Shown here: positions 7,673 to 14,660 of the stretch, piece after piece | Layout of the letters: every line of letters begins with the position of its first letter | How positions within the stretch are numbered: position 1 is the first letter of the stretch | Virus record (IMG/VR): IMGVR_UViG_3300005326_000104 | Coordinates: 1 to 29,822 of that record | Origin: a virus | Taxonomy: Duplodnaviria; Caudoviricetes | Length of the DNA stretch: 29,822 bases | Reading direction: 5' to 3' (one strand) | Translations under genes and position numbers: made by a program | The notes under the pieces: generated by a model | What the model saw: only the letters and a program-made list of their open reading frames with translations | What the model was told of the DNA's origin: nothing | The model's database searches: none

Positions 7673-8052
7673 TCCCGCCGATCTTCGTCTTCCTCGGCAT
7701 CGCCGTGGGCGGCACGTTCGGCGCGCTCGGGGCGGCGATCGCAGAAGAGATGCTCTACGGCCCGTACGATCCCGAGACATGCCCGAACCTCGTCAGACAA
7801 GACGATGACTGGTGCGTCCCCGCCGGGAAGTTCTGCGGCCCCTGTCGTGCCATGTGGTGCGAGGGGTGCAATGCACATCTCGGCCCGTGGGGCGCGTGGC
7901 GGGCAACTGTCGCACAGATTGAGACTGTCGATGATTATCTCGGCGCTGTCTTTCATCTGCCGCCGCGGATGCCTGATGATCGGATTGTTGAGCCGCGGGC
8001 ATGGGATTGGCAGGATGCGATCCCGACGATCGCAGTCAGGGGGTCGCTATGA
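7669..8052 (+). CDS. Membrane-anchored Cys-rich protein
   Basis: Hydrophobic N-terminus IFVFLGIAVGGTFGALGAAI; CGPC and CEGC. Confidence 0.7.
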   Translation: MIPPIFVFLGIAVGGTFGALGAAIAEEMLYGPYDPETCPNLVRQDDDWCVPAGKFCGPCRAMWCEGCNAHLGPWGAWRATVAQIETVDDYLGAVFHLPPRMPDDRIVEPRAWDWQDAIPTIAVRGSL

Positions 8053-8303
8053 CCCCCTGCGGCGTCCTGGGAGAGGCGGTCGACACCTGCGACCACTGCG
8101 CCGACGATTGCCCCGCATCCGGGCACGATGGTCGGACATGCACGGGCGGCTGCACGCCGTGTACGTGCGGGAGGCACGAGGTCGACTGGACCACATGCCC
8201 CCACATGCGAGGACACCGGGGCTCGGCATGGTGCCGGCTCTCCGGCGGCGCCTGTCCCGTCGCCTGGAAGATCGGGCCGTGCGTGAAGGAGGGGGCGGAA
8301 TGA
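8049..8303 (+). CDS. 84-aa protein with 12 Cys
   Basis: Cys counted from translation; coupled at both ends. Confidence 0.7.
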   Translation: MTPCGVLGEAVDTCDHCADDCPASGHDGRTCTGGCTPCTCGRHEVDWTTCPHMRGHRGSAWCRLSGGACPVAWKIGPCVKEGAE

Positions 8304-8692
8304 CCGTCGCCGATGAGGCGTGGCGGCAGGCCGCGATCGCGTATCGCCGGTCGAATGCTCGCGGCACCACATATGATGATCCGGCCGACCCGCTCCGCCC
8401 GTTTTACGTCTGGGTCACGGGGCCGGCGCACAGGATGAATCCCGCACAGGGCCGCCAGGAGACGAACAACGTCCGGCACGCCCTCTCGATCTACTCGCTC
8501 CGGGAGCTCGTGACGGAGGACATCGAGGCCCTTGTCGACCGGCATCCGCGCTACCTGGGGACCCGATCGGGGCGGCGGTCACAGGTCAAGTCGGGCTGCC
8601 GGCGGATTCTCAGACATCTCCAGACCTGGCTCGCCCTCGAGGACGTCGTTGTGATCCCGGACGGCGTGCCGGCGGGGGAGGCGATCGCGTGA
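8300..8692 (+). CDS. Hypothetical protein, possible stand-alone integrase core-binding (SAM-like) domain
   Basis: FYVW...ETNNVRHAL...VTEDIEALV...SQVKSGCRRILRHL helix pattern. Confidence 0.6.
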   Translation: MTVADEAWRQAAIAYRRSNARGTTYDDPADPLRPFYVWVTGPAHRMNPAQGRQETNNVRHALSIYSLRELVTEDIEALVDRHPRYLGTRSGRRSQVKSGCRRILRHLQTWLALEDVVVIPDGVPAGEAIA

Positions 8693-9249
8693 CGTCGGCT
8701 ATCTCGCCCCCTGTCGTGATCCGGCCGGGGGGTACGGCAGCGACGGTGCCCCTTGCCGAGGCTATCCGCCTGATCCAGGCGCCTCGGGTGGAAAAAACCC
8801 CACGCCGCGGGCGATGCATCTCCGAAGAGGAGCGGGGCGCCATCAAGGCCGCGCTCCTCGACGGCACGACCGTTCCTCAGGCAATGGCGCAGTTCGGACG
8901 GTCGGAGTCGGCCGTGACCCGGATACGACGAGCCGCCGGGATCGCACGGGTCGCCATGACCGATGAGGAGCGGAAGCGGCGCGACCGCGAACGCACCCGC
9001 AGATACCGCGCTGCGAACCGAGAGGAGTGCCGGCGCCGGGACCGGGAGCGGTACGCGAACGATCCCGAGTATCGGGCGCGGTCCATCGCACGCTCGGGGG
9101 CCTATCGAAAAGAGCACCGCGAGCGGGAGAACCGCCACCAGCGCGAACGGTATGCGAACGATCCCGAATATCGGGAGTACCGCCTGGCATCGGCTAGGGC
9201 GTATAACGAGGCACAGCGGGCGCAGAAGGCAGCGGAGGCGGTCGCGTGA
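8689..9249 (+). CDS. HTH protein with Arg-rich repeats
   Basis: TVPQAMAQFGRSESAVTRIR HTH; RERYANDPEYR twice. Confidence 0.75.
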   Translation: MTSAISPPVVIRPGGTAATVPLAEAIRLIQAPRVEKTPRRGRCISEEERGAIKAALLDGTTVPQAMAQFGRSESAVTRIRRAAGIARVAMTDEERKRRDRERTRRYRAANREECRRRDRERYANDPEYRARSIARSGAYRKEHRERENRHQRERYANDPEYREYRLASARAYNEAQRAQKAAEAVA

Positions 9250-9548
9250 GCGTCTCCGAGGAGGACCTCGCGGCGTTCAAGTCGTGGGCGCAGGCGCGGG
9301 GCTACTCCCGCTCGACGGTGATGGGGCTGGCCCGCCACATCCGTCAGGCCGCCCGCGCCGGGACGCTCGACCCCGAAGAGGTCGACGCGCTGTTTCCGCA
9401 GCATCACGCCGAGTACCGCGGCGACATCCGGCAGGGGCTCAAGCGGTTCGCGGAGTACCGGGCGGCGGTCGCGCCGGTGCTGCAGACGGTCGAACGCGAG
9501 GCGGTCGCGTGGAGCGGCGACGCCGCGACAAGGAGCGCAGCGACTTGA
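9246..9548 (+). CDS. Hypothetical protein, possible integrase SAM-like domain
   Basis: FKSWAQARGYSRSTVMGLARHIRQ...DIRQGLKRFAEY. Confidence 0.65.
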   Translation: MSVSEEDLAAFKSWAQARGYSRSTVMGLARHIRQAARAGTLDPEEVDALFPQHHAEYRGDIRQGLKRFAEYRAAVAPVLQTVEREAVAWSGDAATRSAAT

Positions 9549-9814
9549 AGATCGGCTGGCATGCGGACACGCTCAAAGCGGGGGATTGCTTCGCCCCCAT
9601 CATCGAGGCGCCGGCCCTGGTCCACCAGCACGCGCTGGTCGGGCTGTATCGGCCGGGCGATGACGGCCCGGACCATGTGGGAAATGTCTACCCGGACAGG
9701 ACGGGCGAGAACGTGATGGCGATGGTGGAGGGGAAAGAGTACTCGGTGCCGTGGCCGATGGTCGCGGCGATGCGGAACGGACGGGACTTCGAGATGACGG
9801 AGGTCGAGGCGTGA
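9545..9814 (+). CDS. Hypothetical protein (89 aa, TTG start)
   Basis: TTGA overlap with the previous stop; AGGAG RBS; MKIGWHADTL... Confidence 0.6.
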   Translation: MKIGWHADTLKAGDCFAPIIEAPALVHQHALVGLYRPGDDGPDHVGNVYPDRTGENVMAMVEGKEYSVPWPMVAAMRNGRDFEMTEVEA

Positions 9815-9951
9815 GCCTTTGCGGCGTGTGCGTCTTTTCGCTCTACTCGTGGGGGGTCTGGTACTGCACCTACGACGGGTTCCTCGAAGAGCTGTCTCAC
9901 GAGTACGTCCACGGGCTCACCGAATGCAATCGGCGACGGAGGTCGGAATGA
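9811..9951 (+). CDS. 46-aa Cys4 micro-protein
   Basis: GTGA overlap; LCGVC...YC...EC. Confidence 0.6.
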   Translation: MSLCGVCVFSLYSWGVWYCTYDGFLEELSHEYVHGLTECNRRRRSE

Positions 9952-10088
9952 CCCCGACCGCCCACGAGATGCCATCAGGGATCGTCTATGCGGGCAAAAC
10001 CCCGTGCGGCATCCCGACGGTATCGGCGGACCCTGACTGGGATGTCTGCGGGACGATCTGCCTGCGGGACTGTGGGAGGCGGAGATGA
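9948..10088 (+). CDS. 46-aa Cys4 micro-protein
   Basis: GGAGGT RBS; TPCG...VCGTICLRDCG. Confidence 0.6.
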   Translation: MTPTAHEMPSGIVYAGKTPCGIPTVSADPDWDVCGTICLRDCGRRR

Positions 10089-10492
10089 CCGCAGTCGCGA
10101 GGCGGGGCGCCTACCCCCTGCCAATCCACCAACCGAAGCAGAAGTACTGCGCCAAGAAGGTCGACATTGACGGCCACACCTTCGACTCGAAGATGGAGGG
10201 CGAGTACTATCGGCATCTCTGCGTCCTGCGCGACCTTGGAGAGGTTCGCTCGTTCGTACTGCAGCCGTCGTTCACCCTGCAGCCGGCGTTCAAGAAGCAC
10301 GGCAAGCACTTCCGGGCCATCGAGTACCGCGCCGACTTCGGGGTCGTGTACGCCGACGGCCGGCGGGTCGTGGTCGACGTGAAGGGGATGCCGACGCCCG
10401 TGTTTCTGCTCAAGAAAAAGATGTACGCGCGACTCTTCGACGAACCCTTACTCTGTGTCACCAAGACGCGGAACGGCTGGAGGGAGTGGTGA
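10085..10492 (+). CDS. DUF1064 family PD-(D/E)XK nuclease-like protein
   Basis: KYCAKKVDIDGHTFDSKMEGEYY, LQPSFTL, YRADF, VVDVKG. Confidence 0.9.
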   Translation: MTAVARRGAYPLPIHQPKQKYCAKKVDIDGHTFDSKMEGEYYRHLCVLRDLGEVRSFVLQPSFTLQPAFKKHGKHFRAIEYRADFGVVYADGRRVVVDVKGMPTPVFLLKKKMYARLFDEPLLCVTKTRNGWREW

Positions 10493-10656
10493 TGTTCGGG
10501 GCCTGGTTCGAGTGCTACGACTGCCGCCACTACGACGCGGACACAAACGGGGGCGGGGGTATCGGCGGGTATGGAAAATGCCCGTGGCGGCCGAACGGGA
10601 CTCATGCTGACTCCGGCATCTGTGCGTTCTTCGCAGACGCGAGGGAGCGGGCGTGA
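10492..10656 (+). CDS. 54-aa Cys4 micro-protein; absent from ORF track
   Basis: MFGAWFECYDCRHY...GKCPW...ICAFF; TGATG and GTGA coupling. Confidence 0.7.
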   Translation: MFGAWFECYDCRHYDADTNGGGGIGGYGKCPWRPNGTHADSGICAFFADARERA

Positions 10657-10967
10657 CCGCGACCGTCGACCCCTGCCGGGCGTGGGTGCAGCTCGAGCAC
10701 GAGGTGGTCGCGGCATACCGGGCCGGCACGTCGGTTGCACGGCTCCGGGCACTCCACGGGCTCGGGAAAGAACAGGTAAAGGGGATTCTCCGGCGGGCCG
10801 GGGTCGACCTGGAGACGCAGGCCGGGCGCCGGCCGTTGGTGCCTGCTGAGACGCAGGCCGAGATGTGCCGACTCAGTGACGAGGGGCTCTCGGCGTATGA
10901 GGTCGCGGCAATCACGGGATGGTCCCGGGGCGCGGTCTGCCGGGCGCTGGAACGGAGGAGAGAATGA
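10653..10967 (+). CDS. Tandem HTH DNA-binding protein
   Basis: YRAGTSVARLRALHGLGKEQVKGIL and EGLSAYEVAAITGWSRGAVCRAL. Confidence 0.8.
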   Translation: MTATVDPCRAWVQLEHEVVAAYRAGTSVARLRALHGLGKEQVKGILRRAGVDLETQAGRRPLVPAETQAEMCRLSDEGLSAYEVAAITGWSRGAVCRALERRRE

Positions 10968-10968
10968 G

Positions 10969-11130
10969 TTATTCTTTTTCTGGCGCTGGGGCCGGAGGTT
11001 CGAGGAGAATGACGATCGCGCGCTTTCCGATCCATGATCGGGGGACGTGGACCCGCCCCGAGTTGCCGGCGTCACCGACAACGCGCTCGACGGTTCCGTA
11101 TCCGCTCGCCGAGTACTGGGTCGGATTCAT
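10969..11130 (-). CDS. 53-aa DUF2080-like (AbrB-type swapped-hairpin) protein; absent from ORF track
   Basis: MNPTQYSASGYGTVERVVGDAGNSGRVHVPRSWIGKRAIVILLEPPAPAPEKE matches the GNSxxVxVPxxWxGKxVxVI pattern. Confidence 0.85.
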   Translation of the reverse strand: MNPTQYSASGYGTVERVVGDAGNSGRVHVPRSWIGKRAIVILLEPPAPAPEKE

Positions 11131-11195
11131 TGTTACAACATTGTGTAATAACGTACTTATATTTTTACGTCACATAGTTATAACACAGTTGCAAC
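11131..11195. promoter_or_regulatory. Bidirectional TATA promoter flanked by four GTTNNAAC-like boxes
   Basis: GTTACAAC 11132, GTAATAAC 11145, GTTATAAC 11177 and GTTGCAAC 11188 around CTTATATTTTT (11156-11166). Confidence 0.7.
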
Positions 11196-11325
11196 GGAGT
11201 GTGAGAGTATGGTATCCGAACGAGCAGAAGACTCGGCGGGGTGCAGTAGTGTTTGAAGCCGCGACCGCACCCGCGCCGAACGAGTATCGAAGTCAGACCA
11301 TTTCAGTCCTTCGGGGGGTCGGATC

Positions 11326-11451
11326 GTGACCCTCGCCGAGCCGATGCCGCGCTCCCGGTGCGGTTTTCACTCTGATTCTAACAGTGAGAGCCTCATTTCT
11401 GGGCCGATCAGAGAGTGTTTCGCCCCGATTTTTGCAGAGGTTTCGGCATGA
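11326..11451 (+). CDS. 41-aa leader-like ORF
   Basis: GTGA and ATGA overlaps only; protein looks non-conserved. Confidence 0.3.
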   Translation: MTLAEPMPRSRCGFHSDSNSESLISGPIRECFAPIFAEVSA

Positions 11452-11780
11452 ACCCCGTTTTTTGGTACCAAAATAGTACCAGAAATCGGGAAATGCCCCG
11501 AAAAATGGTACTAAAATGGTACCAAAAACAGGGGGAAATAGTACCAAATGGGCGCCGGAATGTGCCGATTTCAGCACGCTCGCTACCCGTTGGTACTATT
11601 TCCGAGTATATAAACAACGGCAATCGGGGCTCGGAACGCGCTCCAATCGGCAGTGTCGACCATAAAAAATCCGATGCCCTCTCTCTCTCTCTCTCTCTCT
11701 ATAGTACTGTACTGTATGGTACAGTACAGTACCATGAAATCAAAACAGGTCTCCACGGCACTGAGGGGGGTTTTCGATGA
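11448..11780 (+). CDS. 110-aa ORF spanning the repeat region
   Basis: GAGGT RBS; ATGA overlaps at both ends; sequence largely dictated by the DNA repeats. Confidence 0.4.
   Translation: MNPVFWYQNSTRNREMPRKMVLKWYQKQGEIVPNGRRNVPISARSLPVGTISEYINNGNRGSERAPIGSVDHKKSDALSLSLSLYSTVLYGTVQYHEIKTGLHGTEGGFR
11458..11735. repeat. Candidate replication origin: phased GTAC-core repeats, (CT)11 tract and 13-bp perfect inverted repeat
   Basis: GTAC at 11465, 11476, 11508, 11519, 11541 and 11593; (CT)11 at 11679-11700; GTACTGTACTGTA-TGG-TACAGTACAGTAC at 11704-11732. Confidence 0.7.
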
Positions 11781-12328
11781 AGTACGTCGACAAGCACGGG
11801 GAGGAGATGAAGCAGGTTCCGATCTGGTTGCCGGCGGCTCTCCACAAGCTCGTGAAGGCCGATCGGATGAACCTGTCCGGCTTCGTCAGGACGCAACTCG
11901 AAGAGCTCTACTCGGACACGGCCACGGTCGAGAGCATTCATGAGAAGCTCCGGCTTTCTGAGGCCGCGAAGGAAACTCGATCGCGGCATCTCGAGAAGAT
12001 CGCCGGTGAAGAGGATCGGAAGATCCGACTTCGGGAGAACGTTCGTCGCGTGAAGGAAGATCGGATCTCGGCGAAGGTCGCCGAACAGGACGAAGCCGAT
12101 CGCGCCGATGCTCATGCCCGCAAGCTCCGGGATACCTGGCTCGTCATGGTCAAGAAGAAAAAGATCATCGAGGGCGGCCTCCTTCGCAGACTCCCAGAGA
12201 ACGACCACGATCTGGATCATGTAGAATTTTGGCCGGCACTCGCTCAGGACATCTCGAAACTCGCCGGCGAACCCTACTCGGAACAGGAGGTGATCGCCTA
12301 CGCAAAGCTGCAGGTCGCGCGAGTCTAG
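11777..12328 (+). CDS. RHH-domain plus coiled-coil protein
   Basis: KQVPIWLPAALHKLVKADRMNLSGFVRTQLEE is an RHH pattern; charged coiled coil; helical C-terminal domain. Confidence 0.8.
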   Translation: MKYVDKHGEEMKQVPIWLPAALHKLVKADRMNLSGFVRTQLEELYSDTATVESIHEKLRLSEAAKETRSRHLEKIAGEEDRKIRLRENVRRVKEDRISAKVAEQDEADRADAHARKLRDTWLVMVKKKKIIEGGLLRRLPENDHDLDHVEFWPALAQDISKLAGEPYSEQEVIAYAKLQVARV

Positions 12329-12398
12329 CCTCATTGACTCCCTGCAGATCCTCCTCCAGACCGAACGCACGGCGGCGGACCTCACGAAGATCGACCCG

Positions 12399-12656
12399 AT
12401 GATCATCATCCTGGCAATGACGCGCAGAGACGAACTCGCCGAGCAGATTCGACTGACCCGAGACGGAGAACTGTATCATGAGCACGACTCGATCACCGAC
12501 CACATCGGCACCATCGCCACGCTCAGGGCGAAGAAGATCGCCGCCGGCGTCGGGTATGGCCGGCCGCCGAACCTCATGCCGGCCGAAGTCCCGTACCTCG
12601 ACGCGCTCGAGACGGCAACTGCCGCGCTCCTGGTTGGCTGGGGGCTTACGGAATGA
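12399..12656 (+). CDS. Hypothetical protein (start may lie upstream)
   Basis: Frame is open back to 12294; stop overlaps the next ATG. Confidence 0.65.
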   Translation: MIIILAMTRRDELAEQIRLTRDGELYHEHDSITDHIGTIATLRAKKIAAGVGYGRPPNLMPAEVPYLDALETATAALLVGWGLTE

Positions 12657-12826
12657 CCGACGAACTCGACGGGGCTGCAGTCATCGACCGCCTGCGGGAG
12701 ATGATCGCAGATGCGAAAGATCCGAACCTGATCCGGGAGCTCGACCTCCTGGCAAACGAGATCGCCTCGGGACGGTTCGACGTGCCGAAACGATCAGCTA
12801 TCGAGGATTGTAGGAGGATGACATGA
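12653..12826 (+). CDS. 57-aa hypothetical protein (LD..V...I..G.FD family); absent from ORF track
   Basis: MTDELDGAAVIDRLREM...NEIASGRFDVP; ATGA overlaps. Confidence 0.75.
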   Translation: MTDELDGAAVIDRLREMIADAKDPNLIRELDLLANEIASGRFDVPKRSAIEDCRRMT

Positions 12827-13515
12827 CAGGAACTGAGGGAAACCGGGAAAGTAACGGTGTGAAATCCCCACGCAAAGCGAGTCGTGGTCTGACAACAGAA
12901 CAGATCATAGCTGCGCTCACAGAGGCCGACGGAAACCGAACCGACGCCGCACGGATACTAGGATGCGCCCGCAAGACGATATGGGAACGATCGAAAAAAG
13001 ATTCGGCGATATATGCAGCATGTGGAAACGACGGGAGGAGCTCCGTTGGCAATCGAAGAATACTGAGCCTAAAAAGACGCGGTGAAAACCACTGGAACTG
13101 GAAAGGTGGATCTTCGTGGGGGAAATACTGCCCAAAATTTAACTATGACTTCAAGGAGCGCGTCCGCGAGTTTTTCGGCCGCCGGTGTGTCGAATGTGGC
13201 ACCCCTGAGAACGGCGAGCGGTTGTGCATCCACCATGTAAACTTCCGCAAAGACGCCTGCTGCGCCGAAGACGTGGTGCCTCTGTTTGTCCCCCTCTGCA
13301 AGTCGTGCCATGCTAAAACAAATTACAATCGGCCCCATTGGGAGGCAAAATACACCGCCTTAATCCGTGAAAAACATGACGGGTTGTGCTATCTTCCCAA
13401 GCCCGGTGATCCGGTAACCGTCTCGAATCCTCGCGGTCGTTACAAACCAGAGGGACTAGAGCCAACGTTCTGCCAAATGCCCAGCGCAACGCTCTCCGGT
13501 TGGGGCATCGCATGA
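12823..13515 (+). CDS. HNH endonuclease with N-terminal Fis-type HTH
   Basis: GNRTDAARILGCARKTIWER; GENHWNWKGG; CVECG..LCIHHVNF..LCKSCHAKTN; visibly lower GC. Confidence 0.85.
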   Translation: MTGTEGNRESNGVKSPRKASRGLTTEQIIAALTEADGNRTDAARILGCARKTIWERSKKDSAIYAACGNDGRSSVGNRRILSLKRRGENHWNWKGGSSWGKYCPKFNYDFKERVREFFGRRCVECGTPENGERLCIHHVNFRKDACCAEDVVPLFVPLCKSCHAKTNYNRPHWEAKYTALIREKHDGLCYLPKPGDPVTVSNPRGRYKPEGLEPTFCQMPSATLSGWGIA

Positions 13516-13943
13516 CCCCTGTTAACAACGCGCTCGACAAGGCGAAGGTGATGGAGGCAATCGGGAACATCGACTTGAATCAGAAGATCTGCGGTCACGA
13601 TCTCATGGTGGTGTACGGCAAGATGCGCGCCGGCGAGTTCGACCTCCCGGCGCCGTCGACCGCTGATTCAGAAGCCGAGACGTTCACGGTGCTGATCGAC
13701 AACGGGCAAGATTACTCCGATTGGAACGTCCACGGCTTCGTCATCGTGACTCAGGCCGAGTACGATCTGATGACCGCGAACAAGGGCACGCTTCTGGAGG
13801 TCGTCCGCGCCTGGGAAGAGGAGCACGAGAAGTGGTCGACCTACGAGCACGAGATCGAAGTGTTCAACCTCTTCCTCGATTCCATCGGGGTCGCTGCCCG
13901 CGCCAGGGGATTCGACCAGACGTTCAACGGGGGCGGAATATGA
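13512..13943 (+). CDS. Hypothetical protein, modular paralog A
   Basis: NALDKAKVM...AGEFDLP...ADSEAE plus a unique C-terminus. Confidence 0.8.
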   Translation: MTPVNNALDKAKVMEAIGNIDLNQKICGHDLMVVYGKMRAGEFDLPAPSTADSEAETFTVLIDNGQDYSDWNVHGFVIVTQAEYDLMTANKGTLLEVVRAWEEEHEKWSTYEHEIEVFNLFLDSIGVAARARGFDQTFNGGGI

Positions 13944-14174
13944 CCGATGGAAGTAACGCGCTCGACAAGGCGAAGGTGATGGATAAACTCAGCACGCGAC
14001 TCCGCGACCTTCAGAAATCGTACGACAATATCATCTTCCTGAGGGGGCTGAACAAGTTCGGATTCGCTCAGAGCATCCTCGGCGATATCATTGACTCGAT
14101 CGAGGCCGGCGAGTTCGACCTCCCGCCAACCGTCGACCTGTCGACCGTCGACACCGCGGACTCAGAAGCCGAGA
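13527..14174. repeat. Interspersed direct repeats shared by two adjacent genes
   Basis: 29 bp identical at 13527-13555 and 13955-13983; 21 bp identical at 13629-13649 and 14105-14125; TCAGAAGCCGAGA in both. Confidence 0.9.
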
Positions 14175-14389
14175 GTCTTGCGACCTACAACGACCTCATC
14201 TTGCGCGGGTACAGCGATGCCGAGGCGCGCGGAACCGCATGGCCCGAGGAACCGTCGACTGCGGACCTGGTCGAGGCGCTGAAGGGACGGCAGGGTGTTG
14301 GCTACTACGAGCCGTATCATTCAGAATATGGTATTACGGTTGAGGCCGGTCAAGCCGTCCTCATCGTCCCGAAGGAGGCGAGCGACTGA
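13940..14389 (+). CDS. Hypothetical protein, modular paralog B, C-terminus resembling BC1881-family phage proteins
   Basis: Same N-terminal anchors as paralog A; STADLVEALKGRQGV...AVLIV. Confidence 0.75.
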   Translation: MTDGSNALDKAKVMDKLSTRLRDLQKSYDNIIFLRGLNKFGFAQSILGDIIDSIEAGEFDLPPTVDLSTVDTADSEAESLATYNDLILRGYSDAEARGTAWPEEPSTADLVEALKGRQGVGYYEPYHSEYGITVEAGQAVLIVPKEASD

Positions 14390-14541
14390 TGCCCGACTAT
14401 TCGCCGACGGGCTGCACGTTCCGAAATGGAAAGCGATGCGGCATCGACGGCGCGACCTGCGGGTTCGCCATCGTCAACGAGTGGGGCGGTGCGCCGCTGG
14501 GGTGGGAGTGCTCGCATTCACCCGAGGGGGCGAGCGAATGA
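14389..14541 (+). CDS. 50-aa Cys4 micro-protein; absent from ORF track
   Basis: MPDYSPTGCTFRNGKRCGIDGATCGF...WECSH; GGAGG RBS; coupled. Confidence 0.65.
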   Translation: MPDYSPTGCTFRNGKRCGIDGATCGFAIVNEWGGAPLGWECSHSPEGASE

Positions 14542-14660
14542 CCGAGCCCCACACCTGCCCGGTCCTCCAGGCCGAGCTCCGCCGGCAGCAGGCCGGCATG
14601 GTCGAGCGCATACCGCCCGAGGAGTGCCCGGACGAGTGGAAGACAGGAGGCGACGAATGA
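14538..14660 (+). CDS. 40-aa hypothetical protein
   Basis: MTEPHTCPVL...; ATGA overlaps. Confidence 0.55.
   Translation: MTEPHTCPVLQAELRRQQAGMVERIPPEECPDEWKTGGDE

Noticed and set aside
7061-10492. MTase plus DUF1064 nuclease as a restriction-modification system
   Set aside because: Not adjacent; DUF1064 is a routine phage early-region nuclease
10919-11329. 136-aa plus-strand ORF
   Set aside because: Overlaps the convincing DUF2080-like gene on the minus strand and the promoter; at most the last ~42 codons could be a leader ORF
11458-11735. CRISPR array or mini-array
   Set aside because: Repeats are only 8-11 bp, in mixed orientation, with no regular unique spacers
14131-14152. Triple GTCGAC run as a regulatory site
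   Set aside because: GTC GAC (Val-Asp) is very frequent in this genome; best explained as local coding slippage
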